DNA of 61,023 bases, from NCBI GenBank assembly GCA_963621875.1, contig CAVFFR010000004.1, positions 1-61,023 on the forward strand, in the 5' to 3' direction. The notes below the pieces were generated by a model. It saw only the letters and a list, made by a program, of their open reading frames with translations. It had not been told where the DNA came from and did no database searches. This DNA comes from Bacteroidaceae bacterium (GTDB lineage Bacteria > Bacillota > Clostridia > TANB77 > CAG-508). This document shows positions 49,891-59,512 of this stretch, piece after piece; position 1 is the stretch's first letter; every line of letters starts with the position of its first letter. The position numbers were made by a program, and so were the translations under genes.

Positions 49891-50024
49891 ATCTTTTATG
49901 TATTGATAAAATCAATACTCTCCTTTCTTTTATTGTTCTACTATATAATATCATCTTATTTGTTATTTCGTGTATATGATATCACAACAGTCTATATTGT
50001 TCAAGTACTTTAATAACATTAGAA

Positions 50025-53000
50025 TTACTCAACACTTTTTAGAGATTCTATCATGTTTATTTTTCTTAATCTTCTATTCATTAATTTATCTGTAATTATT
50101 GTAAATAGCATTGTTATTGCAAATGATATTATAAATGTCATCCAGTTTAATCTTATTGGAAGATATATTGTTTCTACCTCTGCACTTTTCATTATTGGTC
50201 CTAATATCAATATTCCTAATACTAGTCCTATTAGTCCACCAATTATTGTAAGCATTATGTTTTCCCTAAATACATAACTTGATACTTCTTTATTGTAAAA
50301 GCCAAGTACTTTAATTGTTGCAAGTTCTCTTTTTCTTTCTTCTATATTGATACTATTTAAATTAAATAATACTATAAATGCTAGCAAACTTGCACAACCA
50401 ACACATAAAAATACTATACTTGAAAGCCCTCCTAAACTTGATTTATATTCGTCATTTATTACTCTCATTAATACTATTCCACTTACTTTCGAGTCTTCTT
50501 TAATAGCTTGTGCTAATTCATTTTCTTTTGAATTGTTTATTTCCACTGTGTCTGCTAATATCTCATTGTATTCAACATCTTCATTATACACATATTTATA
50601 TGTCGTAGAAGTCATATATATGTAATTGTACAAATAGTTTTCCGTTATGCCTATTATTTGAGTTGTTCCCTGCTTTTCTCCGCTTCTTAGTGTAACAGTA
50701 TCTCCAATTTCTAGTTTCAACTCCTCTGCAAGTTTTTCTGTGATTATAATTCCTGCATCTGTTAGATCAATTTTAGCTTTACTCTTTCTGTTTTGCAATT
50801 TTATATACTTTGGTAAAGCATCTGACTCTCCTACCATATAGAAAACAGATTTATTTACGCCGTCTGTTTCTATGTCAGTTGATCTTTCTCTTACTAAGTC
50901 TGCATTTGTAATTTTATCTATTTTTCTTATATTTTCAACTACTTCACTTGCTTCTTCTGCTGACATATCATATTTTAAGTTTATTTGTATATTATAGAAT
51001 TTTATATCTCCAAATTGTTTTGCTCCGATTTCGTCAATAGAATTTTTTAGCGATATTCCCGTATAGACTAATGCTGTACATCCTGCGATTCCTATTATTG
51101 TCATAAATAATCTACGTTTATATCTAAATATATTTCTTATGCTTATTTTGAACAAAAAGCTTAATCTTTCCCAGAAATTCGGGATTTTTTCTAGGAATAT
51201 TTGCTTTCCTTCTCTTGGAGCTTTTGGTCTCATTAATTCAGCGGTACTTCCTTTTACTTCTTTTACTGTTACTATTATTGCACATAGTACAGTTGATGCA
51301 AATGTTATAAGGGAAGCTATTAACAAGCAGATTTTGTTAATACTCATCTCTAATTCTGGAACAGAATACAATGCTCGATAAGCTGAGTATAATACATTAG
51401 TAATAATATAACTTCCAATTATCGTTCCCAGTACTAGTCCTATTAATGACGACAATAATGAATATAATACATATTTTATTACTATATAAAATTTACTGTA
51501 TCCCAATGCTTTTTCTGTTGCGATTGTCATTCTATCTTCTTCAATCATTCTTGCAATTGTAGTAATTGATACTAAAGCTGCCACAACAAAGAATATTACC
51601 GGAAATACCTTTCCCATAATTCCTATTTTTTCTAAATCATTCTTAAATGATACAAAACCTTGATTATCATATAGTCCAATTACATGCCATTTTCCATCTA
51701 ATTTTTCTAATGTTGTTTCAGCATCTTTTACTTCTTTTTCTTTCTCAGATATTTTATTTAATGCTTTTTCTGATTCTTTTTTATATTCAGCTTGTTTTTT
51801 GAAATATTCTATATTACCTTTTCGTAAAATTTCTTGATAATAATTTAGATTACTTTGATTTTTGGCAACCTGAATATTATAGTTTGATTTTTGTAGATTA
51901 AGTTCCACATCACTATTATTAAATTCAACTTGTGCTATGTCTAATTTTTGTTTTGATGTTTCAAGTTCTTTTTGCTTTTCTGATAGTTCTTGTTCATTTG
52001 ATTCAATTTCCGCTTTAGCTTCTGATAATTTTTGCATTCCTTGTGAATATGTATTCTCTAGATATTCTATCTTTCTTTTTAATACAGCATATTCTCCCGA
52101 AGTATTATCCATACCTGCCAATGTATATATTAATGTATTTATCTGACTATCGAGTTCATTTAACTGTTTTTCATTTTGCAAATATTCTTGTTTTGCCTTA
52201 TCCAAGGCTTGTTTGCCATTTTCTATTTGTTCTTCTGCATCTTTTAATTTGTCTGTATTCTCTGCTAACTCAGCTCTAGCTATGTTTAATTTTTCGTCAT
52301 ATTGTTTAAATAAATTGTCAGTATCGATAACTGTTTTATTTAGCTTTACACTTCCAAGATATATCTGCCTTGATAAATTATTAAGTTGATTTCTAGCATC
52401 ATATAAGGCATCTTTTGCATTTTGCAATTCTACTTTAGCATTTTGTAACTTTTCTTTTGCTTCTTGTAATTTTTCATAATTCTCGTCATATATTTCCTTG
52501 TATCTTATTTCTGCTCGTCTTTCTCCAACTTCTTCAATTTGTTTTACAATGGGTTCTAATTTATCCTCATATTCTTTGCTTGTCTTTAATATGTCATTGG
52601 GCACATTTGTTTTGACATATATATTAGAATATATGTCTGATTTAAATACATCTTTTGATACATAAACACATCCCATTAACTCTCCGTTTTCTAGATTAGT
52701 TGATCCATAAAATTTGGAAATATATGCAGGACTTCTAGCCTTTCCAACTATAGTATATTGTGTGTTTGTTAAGTCTTCGTTTATATCATCTTCAGTTCCA
52801 CTTTTAAAGCTAAATTTGTCTCCTATTTTATAACCATAAATCGTACTTAATCTTTCATCTACTAAGCACTCATCAATACTTTCTATGTTTCTTCCTTCTA
52901 TGATTTGCATTTTATTTACATCTTGTTCTGTTTCTATAGAATTTAGTCTTACTGGAAGTCTTTTTCCATTGTGTTCTAAGATCACATCATACAAGAACCC

Positions 53001-53261
53001 AGACTTTACTTCAACTACATTGTCGATTTTCTTAATTTCATCAACATCCTCCTGAGTAAATCCCAATGCTGATATTATTTGTACATCTGACACATTATAA
53101 TCCTTTAAGTATTTATTAAGAGTGTTTTCCATATCAGGCGAAACAGAGTTCATTCCTGAAAAGAATAGAACTCCTAACATTACTATAAGCATTAATGATA
53201 TAAATCTAGTTTTTGTCTTGCTTATTTTTCTAAGATTTTCTTTTATATATGCTATTTTCAT
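50025..53261 (-). CDS. FtsX-family ABC transporter permease with two 4-TM modules and a long coiled-coil insert (1078 aa).
   Basis: TM clusters lie at about residues 530-680 and 950-1070. A heptad-rich, Glu/Lys/Gln-rich segment spans about residues 230-520. Confidence 0.85.
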   Translation of the reverse strand: MKIAYIKENLRKISKTKTRFISLMLIVMLGVLFFSGMNSVSPDMENTLNKYLKDYNVSDVQIISALGFTQEDVDEIKKIDNVVEVKSGFLYDVILEHNGKRLPVRLNSIETEQDVNKMQIIEGRNIESIDECLVDERLSTIYGYKIGDKFSFKSGTEDDINEDLTNTQYTIVGKARSPAYISKFYGSTNLENGELMGCVYVSKDVFKSDIYSNIYVKTNVPNDILKTSKEYEDKLEPIVKQIEEVGERRAEIRYKEIYDENYEKLQEAKEKLQNAKVELQNAKDALYDARNQLNNLSRQIYLGSVKLNKTVIDTDNLFKQYDEKLNIARAELAENTDKLKDAEEQIENGKQALDKAKQEYLQNEKQLNELDSQINTLIYTLAGMDNTSGEYAVLKRKIEYLENTYSQGMQKLSEAKAEIESNEQELSEKQKELETSKQKLDIAQVEFNNSDVELNLQKSNYNIQVAKNQSNLNYYQEILRKGNIEYFKKQAEYKKESEKALNKISEKEKEVKDAETTLEKLDGKWHVIGLYDNQGFVSFKNDLEKIGIMGKVFPVIFFVVAALVSITTIARMIEEDRMTIATEKALGYSKFYIVIKYVLYSLLSSLIGLVLGTIIGSYIITNVLYSAYRALYSVPELEMSINKICLLIASLITFASTVLCAIIVTVKEVKGSTAELMRPKAPREGKQIFLEKIPNFWERLSFLFKISIRNIFRYKRRLFMTIIGIAGCTALVYTGISLKNSIDEIGAKQFGDIKFYNIQINLKYDMSAEEASEVVENIRKIDKITNADLVRERSTDIETDGVNKSVFYMVGESDALPKYIKLQNRKSKAKIDLTDAGIIITEKLAEELKLEIGDTVTLRSGEKQGTTQIIGITENYLYNYIYMTSTTYKYVYNEDVEYNEILADTVEINNSKENELAQAIKEDSKVSGIVLMRVINDEYKSSLGGLSSIVFLCVGCASLLAFIVLFNLNSINIEERKRELATIKVLGFYNKEVSSYVFRENIMLTIIGGLIGLVLGILILGPIMKSAEVETIYLPIRLNWMTFIISFAITMLFTIITDKLMNRRLRKINMIESLKSVE

Positions 53262-53294
53262 TTTACTTTTCCTTACTTAATATTTTGCACACAA

Positions 53295-53339
53295 AAAGGA
53301 AATATAAATAATCTTTCTATGATCTTTTATATTTCCTTT
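53295..53339 (-). other. Intercistronic 12-bp perfect stem-loop between the ABC ATPase and permease genes.
   Basis: AAAGGAAATATA pairs with TATATTTCCTTT around a 21-nt loop. Confidence 0.45.
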
Positions 53340-53344
53340 GTTCA

Positions 53345-54046
53345 TTACCATTCAATTTCATCTATTGATTGTGGTTTCTCATTTATAACTATATCTTCTG
53401 CTTTTCCGTTCTTAAAGCGAATTACTTTGTCCGCCATTGGTGCTATAGCACTATTGTGTGTTATTATTATTACAGTCATTTTTTCTTTTCTACAAGTATC
53501 TTGTAGCAATTTTAATATTTGCTTGCCTGTGTTATAATCCAACGCTCCTGTTGGCTCATCACATAACAATATCTTAGGATTTTTAGCTATTGCTCTAGCT
53601 ATTGCAACTCTTTGCTGTTCTCCTCCTGATAGTTGTGATGGAAAGTTATCTTTTCTATTTTTTAGTCCAACTTTTTCTATTGTTTTCTTTGGTTCTAATG
53701 GATTTTTGCATATTTGAGTTGCTAGTTCCACATTTTCTAATGCTGTTAGGTTTTGTACTAGATTGTAGAATTGGAATACAAATCCAATGTCCTCTCTCCT
53801 ATAATGAGTTAATTCTTTTTCTGAGTACTTGTCTACTCTTTGTCCATCTATTATAACTTCTCCTGAAGTTACATTGTCCATTCCTCCCAATACATTTAGG
53901 GCAGTTGTTTTTCCTGCACCACTTGGTCCTACTATTACAACAAGTTCTCCTTTTTCTATCTTAAAACTTGCTTTATCTAACGCTTTTATACTATTCTCTC
54001 CGACTATATACTCTTTAACTACATTTTTAAATTCTATGTAAGCCAT
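53345..54046 (-). CDS. ABC transporter ATP-binding protein (MacB/LolD-like).
   Basis: Walker [10 protein letters not shown], signature LSGGEQQR and Walker B LLCDEP. Confidence 0.92.
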   Translation of the reverse strand: MAYIEFKNVVKEYIVGENSIKALDKASFKIEKGELVVIVGPSGAGKTTALNVLGGMDNVTSGEVIIDGQRVDKYSEKELTHYRREDIGFVFQFYNLVQNLTALENVELATQICKNPLEPKKTIEKVGLKNRKDNFPSQLSGGEQQRVAIARAIAKNPKILLCDEPTGALDYNTGKQILKLLQDTCRKEKMTVIIITHNSAIAPMADKVIRFKNGKAEDIVINEKPQSIDEIEW

Positions 54047-54300
54047 TTACATCTTCCTTCCCTACTAGTAATTAAATATTGTGTTTATTATACTATTCTA
54101 TTGGCTCATTTACAAGCTTTTTAGAAAATTTTGCCAATATTTTTATCTGATTCTAAATTTATATTTTTATAAAAAATAGCAATATGGTATAAGTTGTTTT
54201 TGTTTTATTACATTCATATATTTTTTCAAAAAAGACTTGATTAAATTTAAAATTAAATATATATTAATTAGAGCAATTATAAAACAAGGAGAAAATATAA

Positions 54301-54840
54301 ATGGGATGCATCAATGTATATACAGGACCAATGAAATGTGGAAAAAGCCAAAAAATTTTTAATGAACTAAAAAGGCAGTTAATAGCTGGTAAAAATATAA
54401 AGGTCTTTAAGCCTTTGTTAGACGATAGAGCTGGTGATAATGTTATTTCAACTAGAGCTGGCAATTCTGTAACCGCTATTAATATTCAAGATATTTCTGA
54501 AATAGAAAAATACGATGCTGACTCTTATTTTATTGATGAGTTCCAATTTTTAAATGGAGATGTTCATGTTATAGATAAAATGGCTTCTTCTGGGAAAAAA
54601 TTCTATATTGCTGGACTTAATTTAACTTCTGAAAAAAAGATATTTGGTAAAATGGGAGATCTTATGTGTATCGCTGATACTGTTGAAATTATGACTTCTA
54701 TTTGTGAAGTATGTAAATCTGAGGAGGCTGTATTCACTTATTTTAAAGGCAAGAAAGATAATGATATTGTTGTTGGCGATTCGCAGTATCTACCGGTTTG
54801 TAGAAATTGTTACAACAAATTAATAAATGGAGAAATTTAA
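54301..54840 (+). CDS. tdk: Thymidine kinase.
   Basis: P-loop GPMKCGKS, the DEFQF motif and a C-terminal CxxC...CxxC zinc ribbon. Confidence 0.9.
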   Translation: MGCINVYTGPMKCGKSQKIFNELKRQLIAGKNIKVFKPLLDDRAGDNVISTRAGNSVTAINIQDISEIEKYDADSYFIDEFQFLNGDVHVIDKMASSGKKFYIAGLNLTSEKKIFGKMGDLMCIADTVEIMTSICEVCKSEEAVFTYFKGKKDNDIVVGDSQYLPVCRNCYNKLINGEI

Positions 54841-54846
54841 AAAAGG

Positions 54847-54880
54847 TTCCAAGAAGTATTTGTTCTTCTTGGAATCTTTT
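54847..54880. terminator. Terminator between tdk and the convergent membrane-protein gene.
   Basis: TTCCAAGAAG pairs with CTTCTTGGAA, followed by TCTTTT. Confidence 0.7.
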
Positions 54881-54885
54881 AATTA

Positions 54886-56529
54886 TTATTTCTGTAATAC
54901 ATATCCATCTATTGAAAGATACATAATTTTACTCTTTTCTTCACCGTTGTATGTTAAGCTTAACTCTGTTATATAGAAGTCTTTGTTTTCATCTATTTTT
55001 ATTGTATTATTTGATTTTATATATCCTTCTATATTATTTTCATTTATTTCGTTTATCTCTATTATTTTAGATAAATATCCTGTAAGATCAATTGTAGTTG
55101 AATTTGTTAAATTAATCTTTTTCATAGCGTTAATTTCTTCATTATATTCTGATACAGAAACTGCTTGAATATACTTATATTCTCCAACTGGTACAACTTG
55201 TTGGTTGTCTCCAATTATATACATTTCTGGGTATTGGATAGTTTTGTTAGTATATTTGTAATAATATTCTTTTTCATCAGCCACATATTCTTCTACTGCG
55301 TTTTCGTCTATATAACTTGGAATGTATTTATCTGCATCGTCTTGTTTTTCTAAATATAAATATGCACTTTGTGCTATTTTTTTGTTTTCTTCTGATAAAT
55401 CACTAAATGATTGGTTTTCCTTCCAAGCTTTCTTTAGTCTATTTGCTTGGCTTATGTTAGATGCCGTCTCCATATTTACAACTGGTAGTATTGTTGCTAT
55501 TGCTATTATTACTGTTGCAGTTGTTATAAAGTGTACTAAATATTTTCTTTCTTTGTATAGTGATAAGAAAATTGCTATCGCTTCAAATATTATAAATGCT
55601 ATTCCTATATATCTACTTGGCGTAAGTCCATTTCCATCCATACGAGCACATATTGAATATGTTTGTAATAATACAAATGGGATAAATGCTATTGGCAATA
55701 TTTTGCAAGTTTTCTCTATTAATTTTGATTCTTTTTTAAATGTATCTATCATTATCCATACAGGGAATGCTACTATGAATAAACCTGTTAGTATTCTAAA
55801 TATTGAATTTGCTGGTATTTCCTTTATTATAAATATTTTTGCCATATATATGTAAATAATTACTGTAGCAAGTATTGTTAATGGCAACATTATATATAAT
55901 ATGATTACTTTTATAAATTTTGAAATGTCTTCTTTTATTTCTGTTATTGCTATCAAAGTTGCTGGTAATAAAAATAATCCTAATAGTGCTATTTGTAATC
56001 TTGCCATCAGGTCAAAGTTGCTTTTATTGTTTAATATTAATGTTATAAATATTAGTATAATTAAAGTAAGTCCTACATTTAAAATTGTATATACTATTCC
56101 TATATTGAAAAGATTTTTAAATGCTTTTACTGCATATTCTCCAATCTCTACTTTGGTGTTTTTTATTGCTTGTATTAAGGCTATTAAAAATACTATCATT
56201 GCATATCCTATACATATTCTTGAAATTGCATCTGAAGAATTGCTTGAATATATAAGTTTTTCAAATCCTATTGCTATTCCTAGGCCTATCACATATGCTA
56301 TTCCTCTTTGTCCTAATTTCTTTAAATATGTTTCACAGGCAAAGAAGTTTATTGCAGACAAGATTGCTATTGTTAGAGTTTTGTTTATTATTGTCCCTGT
56401 TAGTTTATTAAGACCAAACATAAAAAATAGTGTTGTTAATATTATTACTATGTTTGTAGCTGCGTATTGTTTAAAACTGTTTTTGTAGTTTGTCGCAATT
56501 CCTTTAAAAAAGTTTTTGAATTTTGACAT
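54886..56529 (-). CDS. Polytopic membrane protein with a C-terminal soluble domain (possibly DUF4153-type).
   Basis: About 11 TM helices. The likely start is ATG 56529 after AAAGGAGGG. The family assignment is tentative. Confidence 0.65.
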   Translation of the reverse strand: MSKFKNFFKGIATNYKNSFKQYAATNIVIILTTLFFMFGLNKLTGTIINKTLTIAILSAINFFACETYLKKLGQRGIAYVIGLGIAIGFEKLIYSSNSSDAISRICIGYAMIVFLIALIQAIKNTKVEIGEYAVKAFKNLFNIGIVYTILNVGLTLIILIFITLILNNKSNFDLMARLQIALLGLFLLPATLIAITEIKEDISKFIKVIILYIMLPLTILATVIIYIYMAKIFIIKEIPANSIFRILTGLFIVAFPVWIMIDTFKKESKLIEKTCKILPIAFIPFVLLQTYSICARMDGNGLTPSRYIGIAFIIFEAIAIFLSLYKERKYLVHFITTATVIIAIATILPVVNMETASNISQANRLKKAWKENQSFSDLSEENKKIAQSAYLYLEKQDDADKYIPSYIDENAVEEYVADEKEYYYKYTNKTIQYPEMYIIGDNQQVVPVGEYKYIQAVSVSEYNEEINAMKKINLTNSTTIDLTGYLSKIIEINEINENNIEGYIKSNNTIKIDENKDFYITELSLTYNGEEKSKIMYLSIDGYVLQK

Positions 56530-56598
56530 AATTTTCCCTCCTTTTATTTTCTGGCAACATTGTATCATAAAGAATTAAAAGATACAATATTAAGAATC

Positions 56599-56771
56599 CG
56601 CCCAATAGAGACGCCCTTTTCCGCCCAATAGGGACGCCCTTTTCCGCCCAATAGGGACGCCCTTTTTTGGGCGAAAAAAAGGACGCCTTTTTTTTTCGCC
56701 CAAAAAAGGGCGTCCCTATTGGGCGGAAAAGGGCGTCCCTATTGGGCGGAAAAGGGCGTCTCTATTGGGCG
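56599..56771. repeat. 173-bp near-perfect compound palindrome. Three 22-bp direct units (CGCCCAATAG[A/G]GACGCCCTTTTC) are followed by a central GG-ACG-CC turn and then three mirrored units.
   Basis: I compared the arms base by base. The left arm (84 nt) and right arm (86 nt) differ only by A7 versus T9 in one homopolymer. The outermost unit carries the same A/G variant on both arms. Confidence 0.9.
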
Positions 56772-58150
56772 AATTTTGTTTTTTCTGTTAGCCAATTTTT
56801 TAAATCAGCAATTGCAATTCTTTCTTGTTTCATTGTATCTCTATCTCTTACAGTTACTTTTTCATCTTCTAGCGTATCAAAATCAATTGTTACACAATAT
56901 GGTGTACCTATTTCATCTTCTCTCCTATATCTTTTTCCTATACTTCCTGCTTCATCATAATCACACATAAAATCTTTTGAAAGCATTTCATATACTTCTT
57001 GTGATTTGTCTGACAATTTCTTAGACAGTGGAAGTATTGCTACTTTGTATGGTGCAAGTGTTGGATGTAAGTGTAATACAACTCTAGAGTCACCTTCTCC
57101 TAGGTCTTCTTCTTCATAAGCATTGCATAAAATTGCAAGTGCAGCTCTATCGCATCCTAATGATGGTTCTATTACATATGGTACAAATTTTTCATTTGTT
57201 TCTGGATCTTGATATGATAAGTCTTGTTTAGAATGTTCCATATGTCTTGATAGGTCATAATCTGTTCTGTCAGCTATTCCCCATAATTCTCCCCACCCAA
57301 ATGGGAATTTGAATTCTATGTCTGTTGTAGCTTTGCTGTAGAATACAAGTTCTTCTTTGCTGTGATCACGAAGTCTTATATTTTCCTCTTTCATTCCTAA
57401 GCTTAATAAAAATTCTTTACAGAATTTTCTCCAATATTCAAACCATTCTAAGTCTGTTCCTGGCACACAGAAAAATTCTAATTCCATTTGTTCAAATTCT
57501 CTTGTTCTAAATGTAAAGTTGCCTGGTGTAATTTCGTTTCTGAAGGCTTTACCAATTTGTCCTATTCCCATTGGTAATTTCTTTCTGGTTGTACGAATTA
57601 CATTTTTGAAGTTTACAAATATACCTTGGGCTGTTTCTGGTCTTAAGTATATCTGTGCAGAAGAATCTTCTGTTACTCCTTGGAATGTTTTATACATTAA
57701 GTTGAATTTTCTTATATTTGTGAAGTTTGTTTTCCCACAGTTCGGACAAGGTATTTTGTTATCATTTATATAGTCAACTAGTTGTTCATCTGTCCAACCA
57801 TCTGCAACTATATCTTTTCCTTGACTATGTGACCATTCTTCTACTAGTTTATCTGCTCTGTGTCTTGTTTTACAATCCTTGCAGTCTATAAGTGGGTCAC
57901 TGAATCCTGCTACGTGTCCTGTTGCTACCCAAGTTTCTGGATTCATTAATATTGAAGCATCAAGTCCTACATTGTATTTATTCTCTTGTATAAACTTTTT
58001 TCTCCAAGCATTTTTGATATTGTTTTTTAGTTCTACTCCTAGAGGGCCGTAATCCCAAGAGTTAGCTAATCCTCCATATATTTCTGAACCTGGATATACG
58101 AATCCTCTGCTCTTACAAAGAGCTACTATTTTTTCCATACTATCTACCAT
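56762..58150 (-). CDS. glyQS: Glycyl-tRNA synthetase (alpha2 type).
   Basis: The sequence is typical of GlyQS ([14 protein letters not shown]...). The likely start is ATG 58150 after AAAGGAGGA. The last three codons and the stop lie inside the palindrome. Confidence 0.94.
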   Translation of the reverse strand: MVDSMEKIVALCKSRGFVYPGSEIYGGLANSWDYGPLGVELKNNIKNAWRKKFIQENKYNVGLDASILMNPETWVATGHVAGFSDPLIDCKDCKTRHRADKLVEEWSHSQGKDIVADGWTDEQLVDYINDNKIPCPNCGKTNFTNIRKFNLMYKTFQGVTEDSSAQIYLRPETAQGIFVNFKNVIRTTRKKLPMGIGQIGKAFRNEITPGNFTFRTREFEQMELEFFCVPGTDLEWFEYWRKFCKEFLLSLGMKEENIRLRDHSKEELVFYSKATTDIEFKFPFGWGELWGIADRTDYDLSRHMEHSKQDLSYQDPETNEKFVPYVIEPSLGCDRAALAILCNAYEEEDLGEGDSRVVLHLHPTLAPYKVAILPLSKKLSDKSQEVYEMLSKDFMCDYDEAGSIGKRYRREDEIGTPYCVTIDFDTLEDEKVTVRDRDTMKQERIAIADLKNWLTEKTKFAQ

Positions 58151-58422
58151 AATAATTCCTCCTTTTGTAGTTATAGTATTGTGCTTTAAAGAATGGTATA
58201 TAATCAAAAAAACTTCCATTCCTAGCACTTTTAAATGCTAGGGACGAAAGTTTAATACTTACGCGGTTCCACCCTAGTTTAAGTTATTTTACTAACTTAC
58301 ACCTTAATTAATAATATGCTCCAAAGCTCCCCATATATTTGTTAATTATTGGATTCCACCATTCCCAACTCTCTAGAATTTTAAATATATTTTTTCTTTT
58401 TCAACGCACTTTATTTATAATA
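58151..58422 (-). promoter_or_regulatory. T-box riboswitch leader of glyQS.
   Basis: On the minus strand the T-box sequence AAACTAGGGTGGAACCGCG lies at 58261-58283 and an AGAGAG box lies in stem I. The terminator CCCTAGCA/TGCTAGG is followed by a T-run at about 58205-58245. Confidence 0.85.
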
Positions 58423-58428
58423 TATATT

Positions 58429-58457
58429 ATATTACCACGATATTTTAAGATTGTCAA
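58429..58457 (-). promoter_or_regulatory. Sigma-A-type promoter for the glyQS leader.
   Basis: On the minus strand: TTGACA (58457-58452), a 17-nt spacer ending in TGG, and TAATAT (58434-58429). Confidence 0.55.
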
Positions 58458-58518
58458 TATTGTAGTTTATGTTTACTGTTATTATTTCATATTTTTTATT
58501 GTTAACTAAACACAGGGC

Positions 58519-58548
58519 TGTGGATAATGTGGATAACCCTGTGAATAA
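58519..58548. promoter_or_regulatory. Three tandem, same-orientation DnaA boxes.
   Basis: TGTGGATAA (58519-58527) and TGTGGATAA (58528-58536) are perfect complements of TTATCCACA. TGTGAATAA (58540-58548) has one mismatch. Confidence 0.6.
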
Positions 58549-58733
58549 CTTTGTAGCAAGGGTTTCATTTTCGAGTTTTGCACAGGTATTATTGTTAATC
58601 TATTTATTGTAAACTTTTTATTTTTTATTTAATAAATTATGTCTATTTTACGAACTTATTTTCTTAAAAATAGCACAATTATAGACAGTTCTAATTGTTC
58701 CTTTATTATGGATCAATTAAAACTGTCTATTTT

Positions 58734-58991
58734 TTATTTTTTGAAATTCTTTGCTACACTCTCTATTTCCTGTAGTTCAAATCTGTATTTTTGTTTTACA
58801 TTTGGATATTTTTCGTGATCTACTTCACTTAAAAACATTTCTAGTGGTCTTATCCATAAACTTCCATCTCCATATAATCTTCTGTATACAACAAATGGTT
58901 GCTTTGTTTCAGAATCGTTTGCCACATCTTGCACTAGGTAATAATCTCCCTTAAAATGTTTGTATATTCCATTAATTTTTATTTCTCTCAT
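58734..58991 (-). CDS. DUF1653-like small protein.
   Basis: 85 aa. It carries the pattern YKHFKGDYY...[20 protein letters not shown]. Confidence 0.7.
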   Translation of the reverse strand: MREIKINGIYKHFKGDYYLVQDVANDSETKQPFVVYRRLYGDGSLWIRPLEMFLSEVDHEKYPNVKQKYRFELQEIESVAKNFKK

Positions 58992-59001
58992 TTTTTACCT
59001 C

Positions 59002-59286
59002 CTATAAGTTTATTGCTATGATTAGCAATATTTGAAGTACTATTATAACTGGAATTCCTATAAAGAATTTTGGTTTTTGTGTTTTATGATGAAACACATA
59101 CATTCCTATTATTTCTCCTATACTTCCTCCTATTAGTGCTAGTGTAAGTAGTGTTGCCTCCTTGGTTCTCCATCTTCCTTTTTCTGCTTTCTTTTTATCT
59201 ATAAGCATTGCTAAGAAAGCAATTAAATTAATCGCCACTAAATAAATTATTAAATTTTTTATTGTAAAAATGTTGTTTATTTCCAT
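59002..59286 (-). CDS. DUF1294-like small membrane protein.
   Basis: It carries the motif DKKKAEKGRWRTKE...GGSIGEIIGMYVFHHKTQKPKF. The likely start is ATG 59286 after GAGGAAA. Confidence 0.7.
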   Translation of the reverse strand: MEINNIFTIKNLIIYLVAINLIAFLAMLIDKKKAEKGRWRTKEATLLTLALIGGSIGEIIGMYVFHHKTQKPKFFIGIPVIIVLQILLIIAINL

Positions 59287-59395
59287 TATTAATTTTCCTC
59301 GCACTTATTTTAAGTATATCTTTATTTAATCTAAAAAGTCAAGCAATTTTATTTAATATTCTTCAGAAACACAAAAAATGAATATAAAAGAAATA

Positions 59396-59424
59396 TTGAC
59401 ATATAATAAAAAGTATAGTATACT
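59396..59424 (+). promoter_or_regulatory. Near-consensus sigma-A promoter in the polC / DUF1294 intergenic region.
   Basis: TTGACA (59396-59401), a 17-nt spacer and TATACT (59419-59424). Confidence 0.6.
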
Positions 59425-59430
59425 ATATTT

Positions 59431-59502
59431 AGCTTAAGCAATAGAGTTATTTATAAGATGACAATTGCTCGAGATATGTTGACCACATATCTCATTTTTT
59501 TT
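59431..59502 (+). ncRNA. Candidate orphan sRNA of about 72 nt.
   Basis: The predicted TSS lies 7 nt after the -10 element. There is an internal stem AGCAAT/ATTGCT. The terminator is GAGATATG ttgacca CATATCTC followed by an 8-T run. Confidence 0.45.
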
Positions 59503-59512
59503 GCAAAAAATA

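Noticed and set aside
49895-49920. The 8-bp palindrome GTATTGAT aaa ATCAATAC between an AAAGGAGAG motif and the pyrophosphorylase start codon. It shares GTATTGAT with the cassette promoter block.
   Set aside because: The shared 8-mer is short and AT-rich. Nothing else of the cassette (sites, spacing) is present, so any role in translation control would be pure speculation.
54241-54275. AT-rich near-palindrome AATTAAATATATATTAATT upstream of tdk, which resembles one cassette site.
   Set aside because: Only one half-site matches and no inverted partner or conserved promoter block lies nearby. In DNA this AT-rich such partial matches are expected, and the sequence overlaps a plausible tdk promoter.
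56599-56771. CRISPR array, prompted by the repeated 22-bp units.
   Set aside because: The units are contiguous with no spacers, half of them are inverted, and no cas genes are present.
58400-58733. Chromosomal replication origin, prompted by the DnaA boxes.
   Set aside because: There are only three boxes, no dnaA, dnaN or rpmH context, and no additional box clusters in the flanks. A regulatory or titration site is more plausible.
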